Source: Anaerohalosphaeraceae bacterium
GTDB lineage: Bacteria; Planctomycetota; Phycisphaerae; Sedimentisphaerales; Anaerohalosphaeraceae
Direction of reading: 5' to 3'
Assembly (NCBI GenBank): GCA_963675525.2
Contig: CAXXSL010000016.1
Span: 288,001-352,000, forward strand
Length of the DNA stretch: 64,000 nucleotides
The translations under genes and the position numbers were made by a program. Of the stretch, positions 44,770 through 54,587 are shown piece by piece. The notes beneath the pieces are model-generated. The model did no database searches, was not told the DNA's origin, and saw nothing but the letters and a program-made list of their open reading frames with translations. The first letter of the stretch is position 1. Each line of letters opens with the position of its first letter.

Positions 44770-45330
44770 TTATTTCAAGGTCGCCCGGCAAACAGCACTG
44801 TAAACAGGCCCTGCGGATGTCAACTGACTTTGGTACAACACCACCTCTTCCGCACACACCCGGCCAAACGATTCATCTTTATACGATCCGACCGCTTCGG
44901 CCAGTTTTCGACCGGCTGAAACGTGCTTGACCCGACAGACCGTTAGATGTCCGGCAAAGGGACGATTCTCGCCGGACCAGCCATGCCGGGAAAATTCTTC
45001 TTCCAGTCTCGTCTGCAGGGCCTTCATTACCGAACACTCCGAAATCCCGGCCCACACAATACGAGCCGGACGCCCGAAAACTCCCAATCCCTTCACCTCG
45101 AAATCGAAACCTTCGAACTCCGATGCTGTTCGCTTCACGATATCGCAAATCTGCGTCAGCGACGAATCGTCCACTTCACCCAAAAACTTCAGTGTCAGAT
45201 GGACCTGATCCGGATGAATCCATTTCACGTTCTTTCCGGAAAGGTCCAATTCATGATCGAGCCGATTTTGGATCTGCTTAAGTCGAATCCGTACATGCGG
45301 CTCAATATCGATCGCCACAAATAATCGCAT
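44770..45330 (-). CDS. thpR: RNA 2',3'-cyclic phosphodiesterase
   Basis: MRLFVAI; two HxT motifs (HLTLKFLG, HLTVCR); upstream of recA. Confidence 0.92.
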   Translation of the reverse strand: MRLFVAIDIEPHVRIRLKQIQNRLDHELDLSGKNVKWIHPDQVHLTLKFLGEVDDSSLTQICDIVKRTASEFEGFDFEVKGLGVFGRPARIVWAGISECSVMKALQTRLEEEFSRHGWSGENRPFAGHLTVCRVKHVSAGRKLAEAVGSYKDESFGRVCAEEVVLYQSQLTSAGPVYSAVCRATLK

Positions 45331-45349
45331 CAGTATTCTCAAAAAATTA

Positions 45350-46255
45350 TCAAAACTGCGTTACTTTGCGTAACATCTCAAACCGTTCATCGATCATTTC
45401 ACGGCTGGCCGTCTGAATGCCATGGATCGAAAAGTCGCCAATCGTAAAAGAAGACACCACCGTCCCATAGACCATGGCCTTGCGAAGCGTCACGTAGTCC
45501 ACCGTCTTGGAATGTGCCAGATATCCCATCATGCCGCCGGCAAACGAATCGCCCGCGCCGGTCGGATCGATCACGATGGTCGCCGGATACGCCGGCAGCA
45601 AAAAAATCTGACCGGCCGAATCAAGCAGCATCGAACCGTGTTCGCCCTTTTTAATAATGACATACTCCGGCCCCATCTTCAAAATCTGCTGAGCAGCTTC
45701 GACAAGATTATGACCGGCCGTCAATAGTTTGGCCTCGCCTTCGTTCAAAACCAGCATGTTAATTCGCTTGAGCAGTTTTCGCAAATCCTGGTTGGCCGTC
45801 TGTATCCACAGATTCATCGTGTCGGCGGCGACAAACGAGGTTCCGCCCAACTGATCCAGCAGCTCCATCTGTAGCGACGGCGCAGTATTGGCCAGAAAAA
45901 CATAATCGCTGTCACGATAGCTGTCCGGCACACGGGGCGGCGCTTCGGCCAGTACATTCAGCGACACCTCATCCGTGCGAGCCTCGCTCATATCGCCTTC
46001 ATAAGAACCCGACCAGCGAAATGTCTTGCTGCCCTTGCGTATCTCAAGGCCCTCCAGATCAACATCACGTCCCTGAAATGTTTCTTTGAAGTCAAAGGGA
46101 CAATCCTCTCCGGCAACGCCAAGCAATTTTACATTCGTAAAAAACCCGGCCGCCAGTGAAAAATACACCGCGGACCCGCCGATACATTCCCGATTCTGAC
46201 CATAGGGAGTCTGAACCGTATCGATTCCAATCGAACCCGTAACAATTAGTGACAT
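45350..46255 (-). CDS. PfkB-family carbohydrate kinase
   Basis: GGSA, KKGEHG, DPTGAGDSFAGG. Confidence 0.92.
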   Translation of the reverse strand: MSLIVTGSIGIDTVQTPYGQNRECIGGSAVYFSLAAGFFTNVKLLGVAGEDCPFDFKETFQGRDVDLEGLEIRKGSKTFRWSGSYEGDMSEARTDEVSLNVLAEAPPRVPDSYRDSDYVFLANTAPSLQMELLDQLGGTSFVAADTMNLWIQTANQDLRKLLKRINMLVLNEGEAKLLTAGHNLVEAAQQILKMGPEYVIIKKGEHGSMLLDSAGQIFLLPAYPATIVIDPTGAGDSFAGGMMGYLAHSKTVDYVTLRKAMVYGTVVSSFTIGDFSIHGIQTASREMIDERFEMLRKVTQF

Positions 46256-46281
46256 CCTGCTTTCTCCTCTACCTTTTCTTA

Positions 46282-47913
46282 TCAATCCGTTATTTGTTGA
46301 AATTCATTCAACGTCCGTTCAATCCGTTTCAAGGTGTTATCCAGCCCCAGCATATCCACCGCATCAAAGATCGGCGGACTGACCGTGTTGCCGCAAATCG
46401 CCACACGCAGCGGTTGAGCAACCTTTCCCAGTCCCACCTGTTTTTCCTCAGCCAGACCGCGAAGCAGTGTTTCAATGCTTTCCGGCGTCAACTCCGGTAA
46501 TGCCGCAAGTTCTTTGCCAACCAGTTCCAGCATTTCCAATCCGTTGCCCTTGAGCAATACTTTTTTCACGGCCTTGTCATCATAGGTCATTGCGTCATTG
46601 GCAATGAACGCAAATCGCGTCTTCTGTTCGATCTGTTCCAGCGTCCGGGCGCCGTCATTCATCTTAATAATCCGCTTAAGCATCGCATCATCTGCGCCGG
46701 CGACAGGTGAACAAATTTCTTCCAGGTAATCTCGTAAATGGCTGACCAGCGTTTCCGGTGGCACCATCTTGATATGCTCGGTATTAAACGACATCAGCTT
46801 GCTGCGGTCGAACAGGCTGTTGCTTTTGCTGACACGCGACAGGTCAAACGCGGCGATCAATTCCTCGATCGTCATGATCTCCCGTCCATCTCCGGGATTC
46901 CAGCCGAGGATGGCAAGAAAGTTCACCATCGTCTCCGGCAGATAGCCGCTCTTGAAGAAATCGACCACATTCACTTCCGGCAAGTGTACGCCAACCGCTT
47001 TGGCAATCGCATCGATCACGGGCATATCCGGCACAGACTTGCCGCTCAGAAACAATTCCAGTTCCTCAGCCGAAATCCCCCCCGCTGTCGCCAGTGCCTG
47101 CACGTCAACATCCGGCATCGCCTTGATAGCAGCAACGAGCGCTTTGGGCCGCTCACGCTTACTAAGCTTGCCGCCGGAGTCGCTGACCGTCACCGACATG
47201 TGAGCATATTTAGGAGTCCGGAACCCCAGCGCCTTTTGCAGCAACTGGTGGTTCGGCGTATTCATCAAATGTTCCTGCCCGCGAATGACGTGCGTAACCC
47301 CCATCAACTCGTCATCAATGACCACCGCCATATGATACGTCGGGAAACCATCGCTTTTCTGGATGATAAAATCGCTCAGTTCAGACGGCTCAATACGTAC
47401 CTGTCCGCGAACCTCATCCTCGATCACAATCGTCTCGGCCCGCGGCACCGCAAACCGCACCGTTACGGGCCGTCCTTCGGCTCTGGCTTTTTCCGCGTCG
47501 GCTTCCGTCGGGAAAACCGCCGGCCGGGGATAGAGATTATGACGTTTTTCGGCCTCCGCCTTCTCGCGCAGGGTCGTCAACTCCTCCGATGTGTCAAAAC
47601 AGTAGTACGCCTTCTGCTCGTCGATGAGCTGCTGGATATATTTATCGTAGATGTCCCGCCGTTCAGACTGGTGATACGGGCCGTTCGGCCCGCCGATATC
47701 CGGCCCTTCGTCCCAGTCAATCCCCAGCCATTTCAGGTCTTTAAGCACCTGGTCGGCCGCGGTGGCGGCATTGCGCTTCATATCCGTATCTTCAATGCGC
47801 AGCAGGAACTTACCGCCGGACTTGCGGGCCAAAAGCCAGTTAAACAAAGCCGTCCGGGCGCCCCCTACATGGAGATACCCTGTCGGCGACGGTGCAAACC
47901 GCGTCACGATCAT
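46282..47913 (-). CDS. gltX: Glutamate--tRNA ligase with an insertion after KLSKR
   Basis: TRFAPSPTGYLHVGG, LRIEDTD, THVIRG, KLSKR, PLRVA. Confidence 0.95.
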   Translation of the reverse strand: MIVTRFAPSPTGYLHVGGARTALFNWLLARKSGGKFLLRIEDTDMKRNAATAADQVLKDLKWLGIDWDEGPDIGGPNGPYHQSERRDIYDKYIQQLIDEQKAYYCFDTSEELTTLREKAEAEKRHNLYPRPAVFPTEADAEKARAEGRPVTVRFAVPRAETIVIEDEVRGQVRIEPSELSDFIIQKSDGFPTYHMAVVIDDELMGVTHVIRGQEHLMNTPNHQLLQKALGFRTPKYAHMSVTVSDSGGKLSKRERPKALVAAIKAMPDVDVQALATAGGISAEELELFLSGKSVPDMPVIDAIAKAVGVHLPEVNVVDFFKSGYLPETMVNFLAILGWNPGDGREIMTIEELIAAFDLSRVSKSNSLFDRSKLMSFNTEHIKMVPPETLVSHLRDYLEEICSPVAGADDAMLKRIIKMNDGARTLEQIEQKTRFAFIANDAMTYDDKAVKKVLLKGNGLEMLELVGKELAALPELTPESIETLLRGLAEEKQVGLGKVAQPLRVAICGNTVSPPIFDAVDMLGLDNTLKRIERTLNEFQQITD

Positions 47914-47956
47914 AAAATGCCTCTTTTTAGCCTAATAATCACAGAATAAACGCTTT

Positions 47957-47985
47957 ACATTACGTCACAGCCCACCGATTGTCAA
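47957..47985 (-). promoter_or_regulatory. Sigma70-type promoter for gltX
   Basis: TTGACA-17-TAATGT on the minus strand. Confidence 0.55.
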
Positions 47986-48152
47986 GCAAAGAGCCAACGG
48001 AATGCGAAATTACCCCGAACCATAACATAATCCCTTTATCTAAAACCACTTAAAACAAGCCTTGAAAGAAAAGAAATAAAGCGTAGAATCATGAAAAACA
48101 GAGTCATAAAAAAAACGAAAATATCACCTGAATACGGAGTTATTTCTTACTC

Positions 48153-49083
48153 GTGAGTTATCCTCAACAACGTCTCTTAGTCACCGGCATCACTTCCATC
48201 CACGGCTGGCCTATCTGGAATGCGCTCAAGCAGGCTTGCCCTGCCGACCAACTGCTGGGTATCCGGCCGCCGCAAACAAAGGCCCCGAAAAGTAAAAACG
48301 TCATCGGTTTGTGCATCACGGACACCGAACAACTCAAACGCATCCGCGATCAATTCCAGCCGACCCATGTTATCCACTGTGCCGGCGTCTGCGACCTGGA
48401 CCTCTGCGAAGAACGCCCCGAGTGGGCCTACGATCTCAATGTCAACGGTACCAAGGCAGTTACGGAGGTCTTCGGAGCACACATGCCGGATCGTTTATAT
48501 GAGTACCGACCTCGTTTTTTCCGGCGAGCAGCCGCCCGAAAACGGCTACGACGAAGACCACACACCCGATCCGGTCAGTATCGCGGGGAAGACCTTCTTT
48601 CAGGCCGAACAGATTTTACAGCAGTTCGCCAATACCTGTATCCTCCGGCTGGGGTTGCCCCTGGGCGACTCGATCACCGGCGACAAAGGCGCGATCGACT
48701 GGATCAAAAGCCGCCTGACAAAGCATCGCCCGGTCACGCTGTTTTATGATGAACTGCGAAGCTGCGTATGGTGCGATCAAATTGCCGAGATGATTGCCCC
48801 CCTGCTGTCGCTGGATTTGCGGGGCGTCTACCACTTCGGCGGCAACCGCTCCTGGACCCTTCACGAAATCGGCCAGTACGTCCGCGATAAATACCAAATC
48901 CCCAAACACCTGCTCAAAGGCATCTACCGCCACGAAGAAGTCAACGGCCCCCCGCGCATCGGCGATGTCTCCATGAATTGCAAAAAACTAAAAACCACCC
49001 TCAATAAAGCAGGCATCGTCATCTCCCACTTCAATGGCCCCGCCAAGTTTTCAACACAAATCGTGGATTCCAGAAACCTTTGA
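48153..49083 (+). CDS. RmlD-like sugar-nucleotide-binding SDR oxidoreductase; frameshift near 48480
   Basis: LLVTG, HCAG..D.D.CE..P..AY.LNV.G, STDLVFSG, ILRL. Confidence 0.82.
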
Positions 49084-49088
49084 GTGCT

Positions 49089-49559
49089 CTAAATTATTAG
49101 ACATTTCCTGAAAAACTTCAGTCTGATTTGTGATTCTTCAACTTTTTTAATAAATAGATATTTCGCTGGTCCATAAAGACACAATGTTAAAATCACCCCG
49201 TCAAGAAATAATTCAACTTCTCCAAAAAAATGTTCCCAGCCAGTGTTGACAATCCATGATGTCATTAGTAGGCCTATAACTATTTTCAAAACAACACCAA
49301 TTAGATAGATGTAACGACCGACCGACCAGAAGAAAAACATACCGATGAAACCAAGAAGCCCTGCAAACAAACTAGAAAAAAGAAACACTCCCTGTAAAAG
49401 CCATGCTAATGTGGATTCTGTTGGTGGTAAAGAGGGCTCAAGCTGTTTGACAATCTCAGGAACAACTGATTCCGTCCAAATATCCGACAATCCATTTAGA
49501 ACAACAATTATGATATAAACCAAGAGCAAAAGTCTGAACTTAGTTTTGGTTATTTCCAT
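49089..49559 (-). CDS. AT-rich hypothetical membrane protein
   Basis: About 4 TM segments; GGAG SD. Confidence 0.7.
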   Translation of the reverse strand: MEITKTKFRLLLLVYIIIVVLNGLSDIWTESVVPEIVKQLEPSLPPTESTLAWLLQGVFLFSSLFAGLLGFIGMFFFWSVGRYIYLIGVVLKIVIGLLMTSWIVNTGWEHFFGEVELFLDGVILTLCLYGPAKYLFIKKVEESQIRLKFFRKCLII

Positions 49560-49696
49560 TTCTAAACTCCATCAAATTCACTATCCAACCGATTATTAAG
49601 CTATAATTGTTTCAAAATACATAAGTCCTCCGTTACTTGCAAACCACCAACAGCCGGAGGCGCTTTTGGTGGTTTCATTTACATACCTTTAAGGTA

Positions 49697-50620
49697 TTAC
49701 GGTGGGCATTTAGCACAAACAGAACGAAACAGCATCGTACTGAGGTACCGGTCGCCGCGGTCGCAGATGATTGTTACAATCGTTCCCGAATCCATGTCCC
49801 TGGCTAAACGGACCGCACCGGCGACATTGGCCCCGCTGGAAATCCCCGCGAACAGCCCTTCTTCGGTCGCTAATCGGCGCGTCATATCGAACGCCTCCTC
49901 ATCACCCATCGACACGATTTCATCCAGCCGGCTCTTATCCCAAATCTCCGGCACGATCGCCTCGGTCATATTTTTCAGCCCCTGGATCGTATGCCCCGGC
50001 ACCGGCTCAACACCGACAACCTTGACCGGCTTCGATTGCTCCTTCAAAAACCGGGACATCCCCATCAGCGTTCCCGTCGTGCCCATGCCGGTTACGAAAA
50101 TGTCAATCTCGCCGTTTGTCTGCTTCCATATCTCCGGAGCAGTTGTTTCGTAATGTGCCAGCGGATTGTTTGGATTGGAAAACTGATTCGGCATGAAATA
50201 TTTTTCCGGATGCTCGGCGTGCATTTCGTGGGCCTTACGAATCGCCCCGTCGGTACCCTGCTTGGGACAGGTCACAACCGCCTCGGCCCCGAACGCCTCC
50301 AGAATATGCTGGCGTTCACTGCTGACACATCCCGGCAGCGTCAGTATCACATGATAGCCCTTCGCGGCGCCGATCATTGCCAATGCAATACCGGTATTGC
50401 CGCTGGTAGGCTCCAGAATGGTCTTTTTCTTCGTGAGCAGGCCGTCTTTTTCAGCCCTGTCAATCATGTACAGCGCCGTACGGTCCTTGATGGAGCCGCC
50501 GGGATTATTGCCCTCCAGCTTGGCCAGAATCCGCACCTTCGGATTGGGGTTAATCCGCTTCAATTCGACCAAAGGGGTGTTGCCGATAGCCGACAAAATT
50601 GTATCGCCGTGGCTGAACAT
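49697..50620 (-). CDS. Cysteine synthase family (CysM/CysK-like) PLP enzyme
   Basis: [43 protein letters not shown]. Confidence 0.93.
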   Translation of the reverse strand: MFSHGDTILSAIGNTPLVELKRINPNPKVRILAKLEGNNPGGSIKDRTALYMIDRAEKDGLLTKKKTILEPTSGNTGIALAMIGAAKGYHVILTLPGCVSSERQHILEAFGAEAVVTCPKQGTDGAIRKAHEMHAEHPEKYFMPNQFSNPNNPLAHYETTAPEIWKQTNGEIDIFVTGMGTTGTLMGMSRFLKEQSKPVKVVGVEPVPGHTIQGLKNMTEAIVPEIWDKSRLDEIVSMGDEEAFDMTRRLATEEGLFAGISSGANVAGAVRLARDMDSGTIVTIICDRGDRYLSTMLFRSVCAKCPP

Positions 50621-50755
50621 TGTTATCCTTTCCGGATACAGCTAAAATCTATTTATTTTTATACCGAATATGCTAAAATGTCCCCTTGCTATTGTCGAGA
50701 CTTTTTTTTATATTCCGGACAGTGTTTTCTCCTTTTTATTACTTTACAGGAAATT

Positions 50756-52468
50756 ATGATGACAGAGACAAACGAACAAAATAATGAACGATTGGATTTT
50801 ATTCGGCAAATCGTTGCCGACGATACCGCATCCGGCAAGTGGGATGGACGCGTTGTAACGCGTTTTCCGCCGGAACCGAACGGCTACCTGCATATCGGCC
50901 ACGCAAAAAGCATCCGTCTGAACTTCGGCATCGCTGAAGAATTCGGCGGCAAATGCAATCTGCGGTTTGACGATACCAATCCCTGTAAAGAAGAACAGGA
51001 ATACGTGGATTCCATCATCGAGGACGTCAAGCTGGCTGGGCGGGGACTTCGGCGACAAACCGCTGTTCGGCTCCGATTATTTCCAGCAGATGTACGACTG
51101 GGCCATTGACCTGATCAAAAAAGGTAAAGGCGTATGTCTGCGACCTGACGGCCGAAGAAACGCGCCAATACCGCGGCACACTCACCGAACCGGGCAAGAA
51201 CAGCCCCTATCGCGACCGCACGCCTGAGGAAAATCTCGACCTGTTTGACGCGGATGAAAGCCGGCGAGTTTCCGGATGGCTCCAAGACGCTTAAAGCCAA
51301 GATCGACATGGCCAGCCCGAATGTTAATCTGCGCGATCCGGTCATGTACCGCATTCTGCACGCGGAACATCATCGAACCGGTGACAACTGGTGCGTTTAT
51401 CCGATGTACGACTGGGCACACGGACTGGAGGATTCGGTCGAAGGTATTACCCATTCGATCTGCACGCTGGAGTTTGAGAATCATCGTCCGCTCTACGATT
51501 GGTTCCTCGACACGCTGGAGATCTACCACCCGCAGCAGATCGAATTTGCCCGGCTGAACCTGACCTATACGGTGATGAGCAAGCGGAAACTGCTGCAACT
51601 GGTCAAGGAAGGCTATGTCAGCGGCTGGGATGACCCGCGGATGCCGACGATTTGCGGGCTGCGCCGCCGTGGCTTTTCGTCAGAAGCCATTCGCAATTTC
51701 TGCAAGCTCATCGGCGTTAATAAATTCAACAGCACAATCGATTTCCCCCTGCTGGAGCACTGTCTGCGCGACCACCTGAACAAAACGTCGCTGCGTGTGA
51801 TGGCCGTATTGAATCCGCTGAAGGTCGTTATCACCAATTATCCCGATGGTCAGCCTGACGAACTGGATGCCATTAATAATCCGGAAGACGCAACTGCCGG
51901 CACGCGTAAAGTACCCTTCTCAAAGGTTTTGTACATAGAGCAGGATGATTTCATGGAAGAACCACCGAAAAAGTTCTTCCGGCTGGCGCCAGGACGCGAG
52001 GTACGTCTGCGCTATGCATATTTCATCACGTGCAATGAAGTCATTAAGGACGACAGCGGCAATATCGTTGAACTGCGCTGCACCTATGACCCCGAAACCC
52101 GCGGCGGAGACGCACCCGACGGACGCAAGGTCAAGGCTACACTCCACTGGGTCAGCGCCGAACATGCACTGGATGCCGAAGTACGCCTCTATGACCACCT
52201 GTTTAACAAAGAAAATCCGGATAAAGTCGAAGAAGGACATACATTCCTAAACAACATAAATCCCGATTCGCTGAATATTCTGAATAACTGTAAAATTGAA
52301 CCGTCAGTAAAAGGGGCGAAACCACTTGATCGCTGGCAGTTTGAGCGAATCGGCTATTTCTGTACCGATAAAGATTCGTCAGATGAAAAACCGGTCTTTA
52401 ACAAAACCGTCGGCCTCAAAGATACCTGGGCAAAAATCCAAATGCAGGGAAAAAAAGCATCAAACTAA
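50756..52468 (+). CDS. glnS: Glutamine--tRNA ligase; three frameshifts near 51032, 51129, 51246
   Basis: [55 protein letters not shown]. Confidence 0.95.
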
Positions 52469-52484
52469 ACATCGATAGCAATAA

Positions 52485-52514
52485 AAACAGGGCTCAATAA
52501 TGTGAGCTCTGTTT
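52485..52514 (+). terminator. Hairpin terminator after glnS
   Basis: aaacagggctca-N6-tgagctctgttt. Confidence 0.6.
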
Positions 52515-52809
52515 AAAACTAAGATGCAACTGTCTAATCTTTAAGAAAATGTTAATCGCTGTTGACATCGCAGCATCAGTGTTGTTTTTTTGAAACATCT
52601 CCCTAATTATATGAATACTAAAGATTTTCGGCCCCATAAAAACACTTCTCTATACATAGAAGGAAACACAATGTTCCTTTTTTTAAACAAACCATGAAAT
52701 CTTATTATTAGCAATTATTTCAAAGCCGTTAAGTTGGACATCATAACTTTATTCATCTCAATGTGTTATAAGACATTGAGACAGTGTGGCTCCGAATTGC
52801 TTTTATTGG

Positions 52810-52825
52810 TGGCACACCTCTTGCT
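52810..52825 (+). promoter_or_regulatory. Sigma54 (-24/-12) promoter
   Basis: TGGCAC-ACCTC-TTGCT matches the RpoN consensus TGGCAC-N5-TTGCW. Confidence 0.7.
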
Positions 52826-52835
52826 AAAATACAAC

Positions 52836-52923
52836 ATTGCCATCAAAAGTATAAATATTCTGCATTAGAGCGGAAGAGGGTGATGTTGGGGCTGAATCGG
52901 AGAGGGTTCAGCCCAATTTTTTT
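52836..52923 (+). ncRNA. Candidate sigma54-dependent small RNA (about 88 nt)
   Basis: Lies between the RpoN promoter and the terminator ttggggctgaatc-ggaga-gggttcagcccaa-T7; no convincing ORF. Confidence 0.5.
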
Positions 52924-53084
52924 GCGCTTTACTTTTTTTTCTCACTACCTTTTTTTTACATTATTCATCGTTAATCGCATCTGATATTTTTTCTCCCTCG
53001 AATTGCAGGTTTCATTATGCCGACACTCAAACGCACCAATAAAAAAATCGTGCCTTTTTCTATTCTCCGCGTATAATTTCCCTT

Positions 53085-54134
53085 ATGAGTAATGTTTTAT
53101 ATCGAATTATTGATGCGAATTTCAACCGGGCACGAGAAGCCTTCCGCGTAATGGAGGAGTACTGCCGGTTCGGGCTGAACCACCCGGGATTGGCCGGCAG
53201 GGCCAAACAGTGCCGCCATCGTTTGTGCGAGGCGATCAGCACACTGGATTCTGGTAAACTGATTTGCAGCCGGGATGTGGCGGGCGATGTCGGGCGGGAA
53301 TTGAAAGTCGATGGTCAGCTTTGTCGGCAATCGCTGGAGGACTGTTTTGCCGCCGCGGCCAAACGCGCCACCGAAGCGCTGCGCGCACTGGCCGAATCAA
53401 CCCAATCCATCGACGCACATGTTGCGGCGGTTATGGAACAACTGCGTTTTGAAGCCTATGCTCTCGAACAGGATACTATTCTGAAAGCCACTGCGGCAAC
53501 AAAATGGGCGAAGGTTCGCTTGTATGTCCTGATTAATGCCTCCCCCCAAACACCCCCCGAAGACGTGTTGCGTCTAACGGAAACCTGTATCGCAGGCGGA
53601 GCGGACTGCTTACAACTCAGAGCCAAAAATTTAACCGACACACAACTGCTGTCACTGGCCAAATCGTTCACGACCCTTTGCAAAGAAGCCTCTGTCATCA
53701 GTATCATCAATGATCGCGTCGATATTGCTATTTTGTCCGGCGCCGACGGTGTGCATTTGGGACAGGACGATATTCCTGCCGGTCAAGCGCGGAAACTAGC
53801 ACCCATGCCGCTGATCATTGGCGCCAGTACACACTCTCAGGAAGAGCTTAAACAGGCGATCGCGTCGGGCAGTGATTATATCGCTATCGGTCCGGCTTTT
53901 CCCAGTACAACAAAACCGCATTTGTCGATTGCCGGACTGGACTACCTCAAAACTGCCCTGCCAATCCTGGAACAGGCGGGCATCCCTCATGTTGCCATCG
54001 GCGGCATTGGTCAACACACTATCGACTCATTGATTGACATCGGAATCAGAACTGTCGCCGTCAGTTCCACGGTATGCGGTTCTGAGGATCCGGAAAAAGC
54101 CTGTAAGATCTTAAAAGAAAGACTGTTGAAGTAA
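53085..54134 (+). CDS. thiE: Thiamine-phosphate synthase with N-terminal ThiD2-like extension
   Basis: RIIDANFNRAREA.RV.EE N-domain; QLRAK, INDRVD, GVHLGQDD, STH, TTK, AIGGI. Confidence 0.93.
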   Translation: MSNVLYRIIDANFNRAREAFRVMEEYCRFGLNHPGLAGRAKQCRHRLCEAISTLDSGKLICSRDVAGDVGRELKVDGQLCRQSLEDCFAAAAKRATEALRALAESTQSIDAHVAAVMEQLRFEAYALEQDTILKATAATKWAKVRLYVLINASPQTPPEDVLRLTETCIAGGADCLQLRAKNLTDTQLLSLAKSFTTLCKEASVISIINDRVDIAILSGADGVHLGQDDIPAGQARKLAPMPLIIGASTHSQEELKQAIASGSDYIAIGPAFPSTTKPHLSIAGLDYLKTALPILEQAGIPHVAIGGIGQHTIDSLIDIGIRTVAVSSTVCGSEDPEKACKILKERLLK

Positions 54135-54587
54135 TTGTTTTGGGCCTTTTCGACAGAGTTTTCACCAACTAATTCACAGATTACACTCTATTGAAGTTCC
54201 TAAATAACTTTTTTCTATGCCGCCACTGTTACATACGAACCAGTCTGTACCCTTAATCGGCCATCTTGCTAGCGACCTCGTAACCGACTTGAATAAATAC
54301 ACTTACATCCGAACAAATTCAAGACTGCTATTTCTTGAACATAATCATTAAATTAGGGATACGTAAGATGACCCGATTGACTCGAAAGATACTTTTCACG
54401 CCGTCAATTGTAGCAATGTTTTGAACAAGTTATCCACAACAGGCGGGCTATCCTGTTTAAAATGGCAATATTATGAAAAAAAACACCGATTTTTCTATAT
54501 TTAACACGGCAACTTTCCCTATAATGTCGAAATCACAAGCCGGGATGAAATTCTCAATTTTAGAAAATATTTTCCTTGAGGAATACT

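Noticed and set aside
46738..47949. Long antisense ORFs (403 aa here; also 31197-32150, 35330-36178, 40887-41813 and the 5' part of 49991-51109)
   Set aside because: They are opposite-strand shadows of well-supported genes, with no recognisable motifs
16000..52468. Frameshifts in GH115, BNR-4, CotH, LOG, alaS, RmlD-like and glnS as programmed frameshifting, phase variation or pseudogenes
   Set aside because: They are scattered single-base indels, also hitting normally essential alaS, with no shared slippery motif and otherwise intact sequence. Sequencing or assembly error is the simplest explanation, and read polishing would confirm it.
52980..53085. TPP riboswitch upstream of thiE
   Set aside because: No CTGAGA or ACCTG core motifs, and the promoter appears to be leaderless
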